Source: Reclinomonas americana ATCC 50394 (lineage: Eukaryota). From it: a stretch of 64,000 bases of DNA. Both the position numbers and the translations under genes were made by a program. Positions 47,904-58,547 of this stretch are shown here, in pieces. The stretch's first letter is position 1; the number at the start of each line of letters is the position of its first letter. The stretch lies in assembly GCA_048213135.1 (NCBI GenBank), contig PS015010.1, positions 1,860,001 through 1,924,000 on the forward strand, in the 5' to 3' direction. The notes beneath the pieces are model-generated. The model was not told the DNA's origin and searched no databases. It was given only the letters and a program-made list of their open reading frames with translations.

Positions 47904-50900
47904 TTAGAAATTAATGTCGATACCGAACAGGAATGTTTTAGGCATCGGGAAACTGCCGCGCTGGTAACCGTCAACCAGTGAAGAGCTGTACGGCCCGGTG
48001 GTAAACCTGGCTTCTGTATTGATGCCGCGGTATCCTTTCGCAGAATGGTAATAAAGATTCTGTGCAGAGAAATAAGCCCTGATATTACCGATGTGCGCCC
48101 TTTTGGCGAGGCCTTTAAAGGTATACCCGATAACCACTTCACGCAATGCGTAATAAGAAGCGTCTTCCACTACATAGTCGGTCAGCATCCAGTTGAAGCC
48201 CACGGTTGAGTAAGGCGTTTGGCCGTCGCCGGGGAACATGGGGCTCAGCCAGCGGTTGCTGTTGTAGTTCTTGTTATACCTTTTGGTTTCGTTGTAGTTG
48301 GGGTCGCCGTTGATCAGTTCGCCACCCTGTGAACCCTGGAAAGTAAAGCTCAGGTCCCAGTTGCGGTAAGTAATGTTGTTGGTAATGCCCCATGTAAAAT
48401 CAGGATAAGGATTACCGGTTACTGTGCGGTCTTTTTCATCAATCACCTTATCACCGTTCACGTCCACCAGTTTCAAACCACCGGGAACGAATACGTTGCT
48501 GAGGTTACTGGTGAGGCCCGCGGCTTTGGCGGCATCAATCTGTGCCTGCGATAACCATACGCCATCGGTTTTGTAACCGAAGTACTGGATGAGCGGACCG
48601 CCTACTTTATTGATGTATACTTCCGTCCTTTCGCCCTGGTTGGTCAGCTGCGCTTCCTGGCCGAGTTGTAATAACCTGTTTTTGTTGTGAGAGATATTAC
48701 CTACAGTTGTCCATTTGAAATTTTTCCTCCTGAAGTTATTGGTGGTGATCTCCAGTTCTATACCCCTGTTCCTCAACTGCCCGATGTTGTTGTAGAAGAA
48801 AGGAACACCGGTGATGGCCAGGCTGGACTGTTTCAGCAACAGGGCATCCGTTTTAGACTGGTAAGCATCGATAGAGAAAGAGATGGCGTTATTGAGTATC
48901 GTCATGTCAATACCGGCATTGAACTGGAAGGTAGATTCCCAGGTGATCTCATCATTGGCGATGAAGTCACGCGAAGGCGCCTGGCCCAGGCTGGAAGTGC
49001 CGGTACCTGAACCAAAGGGATAATTGGCTGAATACAACAGGTCAACGAAAGGATAATAGTTGTTCAGCCTGTTATTACCCGACACGCCATAGCTGCCCCT
49101 CAGTTTCAGGTTGTTGAGCCATGTGGCCTTCTCCATGAATTTTTCCTGTGATACTGTCCAGCCCGCGGATACAGCAGGGAAGTAACCCCATTTTTTTCCG
49201 GGTCCGAAGAAAGAGCTGCCGTCAGCCCTGATAGAGGCAGTGAGCATGTATTTGTTCTTGTAATTGTAAATACCACGTCCTAACCAGGACAACAGCGAAT
49301 ACCTGTTCTTAATATTGAAAGTACCTGTCAGGTTACCATTGGCATCGTAAGTAGGTGCCTGTATCTGGAGTGCATTGTTGGCGGTCTGGATGTTATCACT
49401 CGGAAAATCGAGGCCGGTGATCTGGTCTTCTTTTATGTCGGTGCGCTGCGCTGTAAAACCAGCCAGCAGGTTAATGTTGTGGTTCTTGATCTGTTTGGTA
49501 TAGTTTAGTGTGTTTTCTGAAAGCAGGTCAATGATTGTGCGGTTATTATATACGCCTTTGTTCACGTCGCCATCCCTGTTGGAATTCCTTTTCGCGAAGT
49601 CGATGGTGGATCCGTAACTGATGTAAGCGCTCGCCAGTGTTTTGAAATCCAGCCCGGGAATGATGTTGTAAGTCAGGTCACCGGAAACAAGGCCGCGGTA
49701 TTCATTGGTATTGATGGAACGTGTTTCCATAACCGACTTAGGTGTGTTGTTGGCAGTATTGAAAGGATCGAGTGCTGCCGTACTGGTATACAAAGTGCCG
49801 TCGGGCATCAACCCGCTGTAGAACCTGCCATTGAAGTGGCGGGCCTGCGCAAAATCACCGGGCCTTACATTCCAGGTAGTGCCCTGGTTTACGAAAGCCG
49901 CGGTAGTGGCATCATAGGAAACAGGAAGGAAGGACTGAAACCTTACAAAGTCGATAAAGTTTACGGAAGGCCTTTCCCTTTTGATGTAAGTGGGATTGAT
50001 ATTTACAGAGAGTTTTGCTTTTTTGCTGAGGGTGATATCCAGTTTGCTGCGAACGCTGAACTTATCGTATTCGCTGTGGTACATCATACCCTGGTCACGC
50101 TGGTAAGCGCCGGAGATATAATAACGTACATCTTTTTTTCCACCCGATACATTCAGCTGCAGGTTGCGCACTGTTGCATTGCGCAGGGCTTCCCGCTGCC
50201 AGTCGGTGGCCTTACCGCCCATGATGGTGTTCTCCACTATATAAGCTGCTCTTTCATTATTGGCGAGTATCCCTGTTCCGGTTGGTACCGGGATGCTGGG
50301 GTCTTTTGCTTTCAATGCGGCTTCATAATACAGCAGGTTGGTGTACTCCGTGGTGGTCATCATCGGGTACAGCTCGTATTGCGTTTTAGCGCCTGTTGAA
50401 AATTTGAGGGAGTATTTGGGTTTATCCGCTTTACCGCTTTTGGTGGTGATGATCATAACACCGCCTGCACCGCGTGAACCATAGATAGCTGCGGAGGCGG
50501 CATCTTTCAATACCTCTACCGACTGAACATCGGCCATGTTAACGAAAGAGAGGCCACCTTCCGGTACCGGGTGACCATCAACTACCACCAGTGGTTCAGG
50601 ACTGGCTGTGATGGAACTGGTACCCCTTACGCGTAGACGAAGATCGGCACCTGCTTCGGAAGAAAGATTCTGCACCTGCAGACCCGCTATCTTTCCCTGC
50701 AGTGCCTGGTCGAGACGTGATACAGGCGCTTCGTCCAGTTTTTCATTCTGGTATTTGGATACTGAGCCGGTAACATTTCCTCTTTTCTGTGTACCATACC
50801 CGATCACTACCACATCGTTCATGGTAGTAGTGGTAGATACCAGGGCCACGTCAATGGCCGTTCGGCCTTCAATAGGCACCGTCTGCGCCGCAAAACCCAC

Positions 50901-51128
50901 GTACGAAAATACAAGCGTGGTGCTGGAGCCGGCAATGGTGATAGAATAAGTACCGTCTTCCTTGCTGGTAACGGCGCCTTTCTTTTTGTCGGCAATAACG
51001 GTTACACCCTGCAGGGCTTCGCCGGTTGTTTTGTTGGTGATCTTACCCGTTACTACTTTGTTCTGCGCCGTGGCACAAATGCCGGTCAGCAGCGCGAAGA
51101 ACAAGAACAAACATGGTATTTTTTTCAT
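47904..51128 (-). CDS. SusC/RagA family TonB-dependent transporter
   Basis: VVVIGYG, LKDAASAAIYGSRG..GV..ITTK, ITWE, C-terminal Phe. Confidence 0.95.
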   Translation of the reverse strand: MKKIPCLFLFFALLTGICATAQNKVVTGKITNKTTGEALQGVTVIADKKKGAVTSKEDGTYSITIAGSSTTLVFSYVGFAAQTVPIEGRTAIDVALVSTTTTMNDVVVIGYGTQKRGNVTGSVSKYQNEKLDEAPVSRLDQALQGKIAGLQVQNLSSEAGADLRLRVRGTSSITASPEPLVVVDGHPVPEGGLSFVNMADVQSVEVLKDAASAAIYGSRGAGGVMIITTKSGKADKPKYSLKFSTGAKTQYELYPMMTTTEYTNLLYYEAALKAKDPSIPVPTGTGILANNERAAYIVENTIMGGKATDWQREALRNATVRNLQLNVSGGKKDVRYYISGAYQRDQGMMYHSEYDKFSVRSKLDITLSKKAKLSVNINPTYIKRERPSVNFIDFVRFQSFLPVSYDATTAAFVNQGTTWNVRPGDFAQARHFNGRFYSGLMPDGTLYTSTAALDPFNTANNTPKSVMETRSINTNEYRGLVSGDLTYNIIPGLDFKTLASAYISYGSTIDFAKRNSNRDGDVNKGVYNNRTIIDLLSENTLNYTKQIKNHNINLLAGFTAQRTDIKEDQITGLDFPSDNIQTANNALQIQAPTYDANGNLTGTFNIKNRYSLLSWLGRGIYNYKNKYMLTASIRADGSSFFGPGKKWGYFPAVSAGWTVSQEKFMEKATWLNNLKLRGSYGVSGNNRLNNYYPFVDLLYSANYPFGSGTGTSSLGQAPSRDFIANDEITWESTFQFNAGIDMTILNNAISFSIDAYQSKTDALLLKQSSLAITGVPFFYNNIGQLRNRGIELEITTNNFRRKNFKWTTVGNISHNKNRLLQLGQEAQLTNQGERTEVYINKVGGPLIQYFGYKTDGVWLSQAQIDAAKAAGLTSNLSNVFVPGGLKLVDVNGDKVIDEKDRTVTGNPYPDFTWGITNNITYRNWDLSFTFQGSQGGELINGDPNYNETKRYNKNYNSNRWLSPMFPGDGQTPYSTVGFNWMLTDYVVEDASYYALREVVIGYTFKGLAKRAHIGNIRAYFSAQNLYYHSAKGYRGINTEARFTTGPYSSSLVDGYQRGSFPMPKTFLFGIDINF

Positions 51129-51146
51129 AACAGCAGTTTATAATAG

Positions 51147-52367
51147 TTAAAAATCTGTATCGCTTAACAATTTTATGCGCAGCCGGTCTGATTTATCACC
51201 GGCTAAATTCTTTATTGATTGTGTGCAATCCTTACATTGAAAATGACGGTAGCCATCCTGCAGAATATCATATCCTTCTTCCACTTCAAATTCCCTGATC
51301 TGCGGGCCGTCCCATTTTTTTTCACCGGTGAGATAAGGCTTCAGTTCATTAAAAGCCAGTTTCAACGATTTGCCGGAAGGACTGGTATAATTCCAGAGAT
51401 CATCCCCGGAGCGTTCTGCCATTCGTGCCATTACAAAGAAGGCATCCATCACAAAAGTGGTATAGTGCAGCGAAATGGTACGTTCCATCTCCAGCGGGAA
51501 ACGACCGCTGGCATCCATCTGTTTATCCAGCCTGTCTTTGGCACTGGCGATGTATTTCTTCACCAGGGCGGGCTCGCCCAGGAAACTGGCGATGGAAATG
51601 CGTTGTGCTTCGTACCAGGCACCGTGATTATTTTTGGCATTCATTTCATCCTTGCCATTCTTGCTGGTTTCCATCCAGTTCAGGTAACCGCGAAACCATT
51701 GCTGCATGGCCTGCTGGCTGGCGGGTGTCCACGACTTCGCATCCTGTAAAAGCCCGATGCCATCGATGAGTTTTACAAAATGGCGGCTGTCGATCATGCC
51801 TGCTCCCCTGCCGGTGTTCTGTCCTTTGATGGCTTGTGCGAAGTTGAGGTTGGGATTCATCCGCGTGGCGGTATCAATGAACCATACCTGCAGCAGTTTG
51901 CCGGCGTGATCGGCATAAACTTTATTACCGGAATAATACCAGGCTAACGATAAGGTATATACGACGTCACACAATTTGGGCATATACTCTTTATCCTTGT
52001 ATTCTTTTACTTCTGGATTGGTCTCTCCATCCTTACGCAGGTAAGGAAGTCCATCGGGCTTGGAGGGATCGGGCCAGAAATAAGGCGCCAGGCTCATGTA
52101 ATCGTGTTTGTCGCCGCTCGGTGGCAGGTGCTTTTTCTCCATTACACTCACCGGGCCGAAAGCCAACCCTTTGTCGGCGTCTTTCAGCAGGTTCTTGTAC
52201 GCAGGTATTACCAGCGGGTCATTGTTCTTGATCCTTGCTTTATTCTTTTCCAGCGCCTGTATGTCCAGGGCAAATACGGATGGTTTGCCGGGTTGCGGAC
52301 CTGCGACAGCCGCAACCGCAAGTCCCATAGCGAGAACCAGTGATCCCAGTGCTTTAATCATGTTCAT
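51147..52367 (-). CDS. Alginate_lyase-domain polysaccharide lyase (PL38-like)
   Basis: SGDKHDYMSLAPYFWP..DG.PY.RKDG.TNPE; NNHGAWY; E.ERT.SLHY. Confidence 0.8.
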   Translation of the reverse strand: MNMIKALGSLVLAMGLAVAAVAGPQPGKPSVFALDIQALEKNKARIKNNDPLVIPAYKNLLKDADKGLAFGPVSVMEKKHLPPSGDKHDYMSLAPYFWPDPSKPDGLPYLRKDGETNPEVKEYKDKEYMPKLCDVVYTLSLAWYYSGNKVYADHAGKLLQVWFIDTATRMNPNLNFAQAIKGQNTGRGAGMIDSRHFVKLIDGIGLLQDAKSWTPASQQAMQQWFRGYLNWMETSKNGKDEMNAKNNHGAWYEAQRISIASFLGEPALVKKYIASAKDRLDKQMDASGRFPLEMERTISLHYTTFVMDAFFVMARMAERSGDDLWNYTSPSGKSLKLAFNELKPYLTGEKKWDGPQIREFEVEEGYDILQDGYRHFQCKDCTQSIKNLAGDKSDRLRIKLLSDTDF

Positions 52368-52369
52368 TT

Positions 52370-55300
52370 TTATTTAACGATTACGATCGATTTCCCTAAC
52401 TCCACGCCATCTCCCAATACCACAACACGGTACACACCACCCGGGAATTTCGTTACATCAATGGTATGGGTGATGAATCCTGCCGGCATAAAGATGTTTT
52501 TCTTAGCCAGTGGCTGCCCCGCCATATTGTATACTACAATGTTGGCGAGTTTGGGTTCCGGTGTATAGACCCTTACACTCAGCGTATTGGTAGCGCTCAT
52601 GAATACATTGATATACTGATCGCCTGTGCCGCTTTGCGGGTAAATGGTCAGTCGTGCGTTGGTGTAAGTGATGTTATAGTTGTTTGATGTTGCCCCCTGC
52701 AATGTAAGCGGGTAGTAACCCGGTGCAGAGGTAGTGGTGGCACTGGTGGCCACCTGTACAGGTGTGAGCAGGTTAGCCGCAGTTTCGCCCAGTACAAAAC
52801 CGGTGTAGGTGATGGTATATGGCGGATTGGGCTGTCCCTGTATTTTAGAAGTATCACGCACACGGATGGTGAGTGCCGCTTTATTTACCGTGAGTGTACG
52901 GGTTACATCAGGCGCGGGCGTATATCCTATGCTGCCCGCCTGTGAAGCCGTAATATTAGCTGTACCCGCACCAACAATGTGAATGTTGTTACCTACAATC
53001 GTTGCTACAGCAGTATTGCTGCTCACATACGTAATAGGAATAGTCGCATTGGTACTGGTAGCACCTATGGCGAAATCGGCATTGCCATATGTTTTAACCG
53101 GCAGCACGTTGAACGTAATGGTTTGCGATTGCTGCGGGTTGATGGTCAGTGTTCCGTTTACAAATACAATATTATAATTAGCAGCGGTAGCGTTATTCAC
53201 CGTAATCGGGTAAGTGCCTACCGGCGAAGTTTGCGTAGCTGTAGTGGCTATCACCACGGGTGTCAGTAATACCGCAGGCGTTTCACTATATACAAACCCG
53301 TTATAGTTGAAGGTCAGTGCCGGAACCGCTTCGTTAAAGAATTTGCTTTTGTTGTCTGCGGTGATCGTCAAAGTGGCTTTGTTCACCGTCAGTGTGCGGG
53401 TTACACTGGCAGCGGGATAAAAGCCATCACTTTCCTGTGAAGCGGTAATATCGGAAGTGCCGGTACCGGTAATGTGAATATTATTGCCTATGATAGTGGC
53501 TACCGCAGGGTTGCTGCTGGTATACACGATGGGTTTAGTCGTATTCAAACTGGTAGCACCACCATTGAAGTCTGCAGCGCCGTATGTCTTCACCGGTATC
53601 GCGTTGAAAACAAAAGGTTGTGTTGACGGAACGGCACCAACAGCATAAGCACCGAATGAAGTGATGCTGGCATTGGCGGTATTGGCGGTGTTATCGCCTG
53701 TGCCAATGGGCAGTGTATACGATGATCCGGTATTATAGATGATGCCGATATCTGTATTAGGCAAAGTGGTAAAGGTCGATCCTTCGAGACCTGTAACCCA
53801 ACCCAGTTGCAGGGTTGCGCTGCCGGTACCGCTTAAACGATTGATGTTCCAAACGGCATCCACCACATTTTGTTTTTGAATGGGCGTGAGTGGCGTACCA
53901 TTCACGGTGCCCTGCGAAGTAATGCCTTCGAAAACTGCTACCGTAAAATTGGACGCTGAGCCAGGTGTTAAACTAACCGGTAAATAATTAGCAGCACTGC
54001 CAACAGGAATAGTTGCTGCTGCTGCCAGGCCATCATAATGCACAATGCTTTGGTCACCTGTAGTGGTGTTGGCGATGGTGGCGATGTATTTTGAAGAACC
54101 GAATGTTCCGGTAATGACCGCCCCGGTAATGATGTGCACGGTATCGAGCGGACGCAATGTGATCTTTCCGTTCACCAGCAGGTGATCGTAAATCGTCATA
54201 CCCCTGTTTACGGTAACCGGCGCGTTGATCTCAACAAAACCGGCGTTGATAAATGTATTGGTGGAGTTGGTAGAAATACCGAAAGGTTTTGTTGTAGCGG
54301 CATTGATGATGTAGTTGGTGCCGCTCTGGAATGTTTTGGTGCCGGTAACCACAACGGAGCCGGTAAGCGTATCCATACCATTGGCATGCGCCGTTACCAT
54401 GGTGGCTGTATCACTCAGGAAAGTAAGTGCCACATTGGTTCCTGCAGTAGTAATGGGTTGTGAAAGATTGATGGTAGCATTGGCAGGTGAAGAACCCACT
54501 ACGGTAGTGTTGGCAGGAATACCTGCGCCAGTGATGGTAAGGCCGTTGATGCTGCCCATCGTTCCGGTAATACCGGTGATCTGGTAACTACCGGCAGTGA
54601 GTGTGCCGTTCAGTGCCGCTGCTGTATTATTGACACGGGCTGCGAATGTTCCGGCGCCGGTTACCTGTTTGGTGGTATAATTCATTTTCCCGTAAACGTT
54701 GAGGGAACTGTTCACGGTGAGATCACTGTTGAGCACCACGCTGCTGTTATCACCAACTGTAATGGCGGGCATATTGAAAGTACCGGTACCTGATATGGTT
54801 TGTGTACCGGTTGCACCGAGCACTATAGAGTTACTGCCTGCACCTACTGTATAAGTACCGTTCACGGTAAGATCGCCCAGCACAGACGTCTGACCGCTGC
54901 TGTGTGTGGCAAACGTACAGCCGGCCGCTACATTCAGGTTGCCCACGCGGTACAGCGGACCATCGCATGCGAAGGTGGCGCCATTCTCCACGAAAAGATT
55001 TCCGTATGCTTTGCCGGCAGAGAAAGTACCAAAACCTGAAGTGGCATTGGTTGCCCGGTGATACCAGTTACTGCCCGGGCGGATGTCGATTGCGGAGAAA
55101 GTGGAGTTATTACCAAAAGGACTGAAACCGCCATTGTAAATAATGTTGGACCCCGGCAGGAAGATCACGCTTCCGCCAGCAGATTGCGAACTGCTGCCAA
55201 AAGGATATGCCGCGCTGGCTGGGGTGAGATTGGTTGTAAAAGTAGAACCGCTGTTGAATACCATACCACCCACGGTTTGATTGGTGATGCGGTTCTGGCC

Positions 55301-55783
55301 TGTATTGGAAACAGATATATTACCGGAAATGTTTCCCGTAACTGAAGCAGGTAATGCTACTACTACGCTGCCATCTGCTGTAGCTGAACTCATGGTAAGC
55401 GAAGAACCCGCATCAATAACAAGGTCATCTCCTGTACCGCCATTGATGGTCATGGTACCGGTACCGCCACCGCCGGTTGGACGAAGGAATACCACGGAAG
55501 CATTGTTCGTCAGTTTCAGCTGGCCCAGTGATGTAGAGGTTACCGTAACGGTAACGGTACCCGTTGTAGGCACAGCACCACCGATATTGGTTCCGTCGAA
55601 AACCAGTACATCTGTTGCCGCGGCCGCGGACCTGGGCGAACCCGAACCATTGAGCAGGGTATTCCAGTTGGAGTTGCCGGTGAATGTCAGTGGGCCTGCA
55701 CCGCCTACCCAGTAATAGGTAGTCTGGCTGTAGCCGGTGATAGCGGCCATCAGGACAAAACAGGTGAAGAGTAATTTTTTCAT
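52370..55783 (-). CDS. T9SS-secreted protein with a beta-helix-like N-terminus and MBG/Ig-like repeats
   Basis: YYWVG start; KTYG.ADF and LTI.A.NKSK...GTYPI repeats; T9SS-like C-terminus. Confidence 0.8.
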   Translation of the reverse strand: MKKLLFTCFVLMAAITGYSQTTYYWVGGAGPLTFTGNSNWNTLLNGSGSPRSAAAATDVLVFDGTNIGGAVPTTGTVTVTVTSTSLGQLKLTNNASVVFLRPTGGGGTGTMTINGGTGDDLVIDAGSSLTMSSATADGSVVVALPASVTGNISGNISVSNTGQNRITNQTVGGMVFNSGSTFTTNLTPASAAYPFGSSSQSAGGSVIFLPGSNIIYNGGFSPFGNNSTFSAIDIRPGSNWYHRATNATSGFGTFSAGKAYGNLFVENGATFACDGPLYRVGNLNVAAGCTFATHSSGQTSVLGDLTVNGTYTVGAGSNSIVLGATGTQTISGTGTFNMPAITVGDNSSVVLNSDLTVNSSLNVYGKMNYTTKQVTGAGTFAARVNNTAAALNGTLTAGSYQITGITGTMGSINGLTITGAGIPANTTVVGSSPANATINLSQPITTAGTNVALTFLSDTATMVTAHANGMDTLTGSVVVTGTKTFQSGTNYIINAATTKPFGISTNSTNTFINAGFVEINAPVTVNRGMTIYDHLLVNGKITLRPLDTVHIITGAVITGTFGSSKYIATIANTTTGDQSIVHYDGLAAAATIPVGSAANYLPVSLTPGSASNFTVAVFEGITSQGTVNGTPLTPIQKQNVVDAVWNINRLSGTGSATLQLGWVTGLEGSTFTTLPNTDIGIIYNTGSSYTLPIGTGDNTANTANASITSFGAYAVGAVPSTQPFVFNAIPVKTYGAADFNGGATSLNTTKPIVYTSSNPAVATIIGNNIHITGTGTSDITASQESDGFYPAASVTRTLTVNKATLTITADNKSKFFNEAVPALTFNYNGFVYSETPAVLLTPVVIATTATQTSPVGTYPITVNNATAANYNIVFVNGTLTINPQQSQTITFNVLPVKTYGNADFAIGATSTNATIPITYVSSNTAVATIVGNNIHIVGAGTANITASQAGSIGYTPAPDVTRTLTVNKAALTIRVRDTSKIQGQPNPPYTITYTGFVLGETAANLLTPVQVATSATTTSAPGYYPLTLQGATSNNYNITYTNARLTIYPQSGTGDQYINVFMSATNTLSVRVYTPEPKLANIVVYNMAGQPLAKKNIFMPAGFITHTIDVTKFPGGVYRVVVLGDGVELGKSIVIVK

Positions 55784-55804
55784 AATAGCAGTATTTAATA
55801 ACCG

Positions 55805-57100
55805 TTAAACAGTAGTTGGGTTGGGTTTTATTTTGGGAGATGAAATGAATGTGATGCAGAGCCATGCCACAGGTACCAGCAGTGCGCCAAGGATGAAGAA
55901 CGAACTGTAACTGGTTTTGGTGATCACCGGCACCAGCAGTATGCTGATGATCGTACCCGCTACAGCCGCCGTTCCGCCCATGCCGGAAACAATACCTACA
56001 TTCTTACCATTATAATAATCGGAAGGCAGTGTTTGCAGGTTGTTGATCAGGAACTGGAAGCCGAATAAAGTAGCACTGATAAGTGCAATAGCAATGGAAA
56101 CATGATCTTTCAACTGATCGAGGTAAAGAGCAATACCGCTCAGTGACAACAGCATGATCACGGAACCGATAGTGATCGCGTTCTTACGGGCTTTTACCGG
56201 CGGTACACCTTGCTTGATCCTGCCGGACGAAAAGAATCCGCCAGAAAGGCCGCCCAGCGCGGCAAACAGGAATGGTACCCAGGCAAATGCGCCCACCTGC
56301 TTAATATCAAAAGCATACTGTTCTTTCAGGAAAGTTGGCAGCCAGGTCACGAACATCCACCACACAGGGTCAATAAAGAAACGGGAACTGATGATACCCC
56401 AGGTATCTTTAAAACCCAGCAATTCACGGGATGTATACACTTTTGTTTCAGTAACAGCAGGTATACCGTCTTCTTTGCTGAGGATATGCTCCTGTTCTTC
56501 TCTGGTGATCCAGGGATGTTTGTCCGGTGTGCCTTTGTTGATGAACAGCCAGGGTAATATCCACACAATCCCGAGCAGGGCGATCAGTACAAAGGTCATA
56601 CGCCAGCCGAAGCCCGCATATGACGCAGCAATAATTGGAGCGGCGACTACACCACCCAGCGAGGCGCCTGCTCCAAATATTCCCTGCGCAATAGCTCTTT
56701 CTTTAACAGGGAACCATTCCGCGTTGCTTTTGGTAGCTCCCGGCCAGTTACCCGCTTCGCTGATGCCGAGCAGGAAACGAAATATGTTGAATGATGCCAG
56801 TGATCTTGCCACGGCATGCAATGCAATGGAAATGCTCCATCCCACGATTGATACCACCATACCCAGGCGGGTGCCGATGGCGTCCATCATTTTGCCGGTA
56901 AGGGTTTGACCAATGGCATAAGCGATCATGAAACAGGTGGTGATGAGCGCCAGCGCGGTTTTGCTGTCCGCATCGGCGATACCGAATTCCTTATAGATAT
57001 AAGGCCACATCACATTGATTGCGGTGCGATCAATATAATTGATCACGGTAGCCACACCAATGAGGCCTATGATCCACCAGCGAAGTCCTTTTAGTTTCAT
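55805..57100 (-). CDS. MFS transporter, ExuT-like hexuronate family
   Basis: LRWWII..INYIDR; RFLLG.SEAGNWPGA.K..AEWFP.KERA. Confidence 0.9.
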   Translation of the reverse strand: MKLKGLRWWIIGLIGVATVINYIDRTAINVMWPYIYKEFGIADADSKTALALITTCFMIAYAIGQTLTGKMMDAIGTRLGMVVSIVGWSISIALHAVARSLASFNIFRFLLGISEAGNWPGATKSNAEWFPVKERAIAQGIFGAGASLGGVVAAPIIAASYAGFGWRMTFVLIALLGIVWILPWLFINKGTPDKHPWITREEQEHILSKEDGIPAVTETKVYTSRELLGFKDTWGIISSRFFIDPVWWMFVTWLPTFLKEQYAFDIKQVGAFAWVPFLFAALGGLSGGFFSSGRIKQGVPPVKARKNAITIGSVIMLLSLSGIALYLDQLKDHVSIAIALISATLFGFQFLINNLQTLPSDYYNGKNVGIVSGMGGTAAVAGTIISILLVPVITKTSYSSFFILGALLVPVAWLCITFISSPKIKPNPTTV

Positions 57101-57116
57101 AATCAAGCTTATCCTG

Positions 57117-58157
57117 TTAATTGCTCAATGGAATGTTCGATATGCCGGAAGCGGCGCCGGTAACGGTATTGGAGGTATATACCTTGTTTCCCGTTGTGGT
57201 GCCGTTGCTGCCGCTCAACTGGATATTAAATCCGTAGCCCGAAGCATTCACCGTGCAATTGTTGTTTTTAAATTCGTTGTAATTACCCCAGCCCGATACG
57301 GCACAATGTACCTGGTAACCATCCTTAAAGATGGTGCCACCCGGGTTGGTACCGGTATTATTTTCGATCAGTGTATAATTACCTTTTACATCTATCCAGC
57401 TATCGCCGCTGTTGGCACCGGTGATACCAGTAGCGTCAAACACATTACCGCGTATAATACCACCTGTAGTACCTTCTTTCACATCAATACTTTCCGCGGT
57501 TACATTCGGACCGATATGGTTGTTGAGTACCTGGTTGGAGTCGCAGAGATCCGGGTTACCATTGGTATAAGTTCCCCAGTTGTTTTTTGCGGAACCGATA
57601 TAGATGCCTTCGCCATAGTCGGCCGTTTTTAAACCGGTATTGCTGATATCGCAGTTGCGGATGATATTCTGTGAACTGTATTTACGGAGATGGATCGCCT
57701 CCTCTCCTATGTCATATACTTTCACGCCATCAATAATGGAGTAACGTGATCCGTCTACCATAATGCCTTTCAGCCCGTTGGTAACGGAGAAACCTTTTAT
57801 GACCCAGTAACCGGACTGCAGGTAAAGCACATAACCCGTATTCGTGCTGCCCGCATCAAGCACCGCGTTTCGTGTACCCCTTAATGTTATGGGCTGGGTT
57901 GCGGTTCCGTTCTTACCGGCCGGAATCACGAATTTGCCGCTGTAGGTACCATCCGCCATAATGATATCATCGCCCGCAAGCGCATTATCCAGCGCCTGCT
58001 TAAGCTCCGCGGCATTGTGCACATTAATGGTACGGCCCGTTGCTGCGGGGGTTGTGATTACAGTACCGGTTCTACTCCCCTGCGGGGATACAGTCGCTTT
58101 GCTGCAGGCCATCATGATGGCCAAACCTGCTATGTGTATGTGCCTGGTCAGTTGCAT
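57117..58157 (-). CDS. Right-handed beta-helix lipoprotein, candidate PL31-like polyuronate lyase
   Basis: Lipobox MAC; GEEAIHLR, YGEGIYIGS, AESIDVKEGT, DSWIDVKG; start moved to ATG 58157; family from recall. Confidence 0.6.
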   Translation of the reverse strand: MQLTRHIHIAGLAIMMACSKATVSPQGSRTGTVITTPAATGRTINVHNAAELKQALDNALAGDDIIMADGTYSGKFVIPAGKNGTATQPITLRGTRNAVLDAGSTNTGYVLYLQSGYWVIKGFSVTNGLKGIMVDGSRYSIIDGVKVYDIGEEAIHLRKYSSQNIIRNCDISNTGLKTADYGEGIYIGSAKNNWGTYTNGNPDLCDSNQVLNNHIGPNVTAESIDVKEGTTGGIIRGNVFDATGITGANSGDSWIDVKGNYTLIENNTGTNPGGTIFKDGYQVHCAVSGWGNYNEFKNNNCTVNASGYGFNIQLSGSNGTTTGNKVYTSNTVTGAASGISNIPLSN

Positions 58158-58158
58158 A

Positions 58159-58506
58159 TCAAATAAAATCTTCCCGCATGGGGCTGAATGTATCAATGAG
58201 TACGCCGGCCTCAAGGCATACGGCCCCGTGCATAACATTGGTGGGTATGTAAAAAGCATCGCCGGCTTTCAGTACTTTCTTTTCTTCCCCTATTTCTACT
58301 TCAAACACACCGCTTTCAATATGGGTGATCTGTATATGGGGGTGCTGATGCAGGGTTCCTACGCCGCCCTTTTCAAATTCAACGCGTACTACCATCAGCT
58401 TTTCATCGTAAGCCATGATCTTGCGCCTGACGCCTTCTCCCGTGGTTTGCCAGGGTACATCCGCATCCTCAATAAATACTTTGGTTGTTGTTTCAATTGT
58501 TGACAT
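58159..58506 (-). CDS. kdgF: Cupin, KdgF-like (uronate ring opening)
   Basis: LHQHPHIQ...HGAVCLEAG.LID.FSP.REDF within an alginate locus. Confidence 0.8.
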   Translation of the reverse strand: MSTIETTTKVFIEDADVPWQTTGEGVRRKIMAYDEKLMVVRVEFEKGGVGTLHQHPHIQITHIESGVFEVEIGEEKKVLKAGDAFYIPTNVMHGAVCLEAGVLIDTFSPMREDFI

Positions 58507-58547
58507 ATGCCGTTCGGTTTTTATGTTCTTGATGTAAACAGGGTGAA

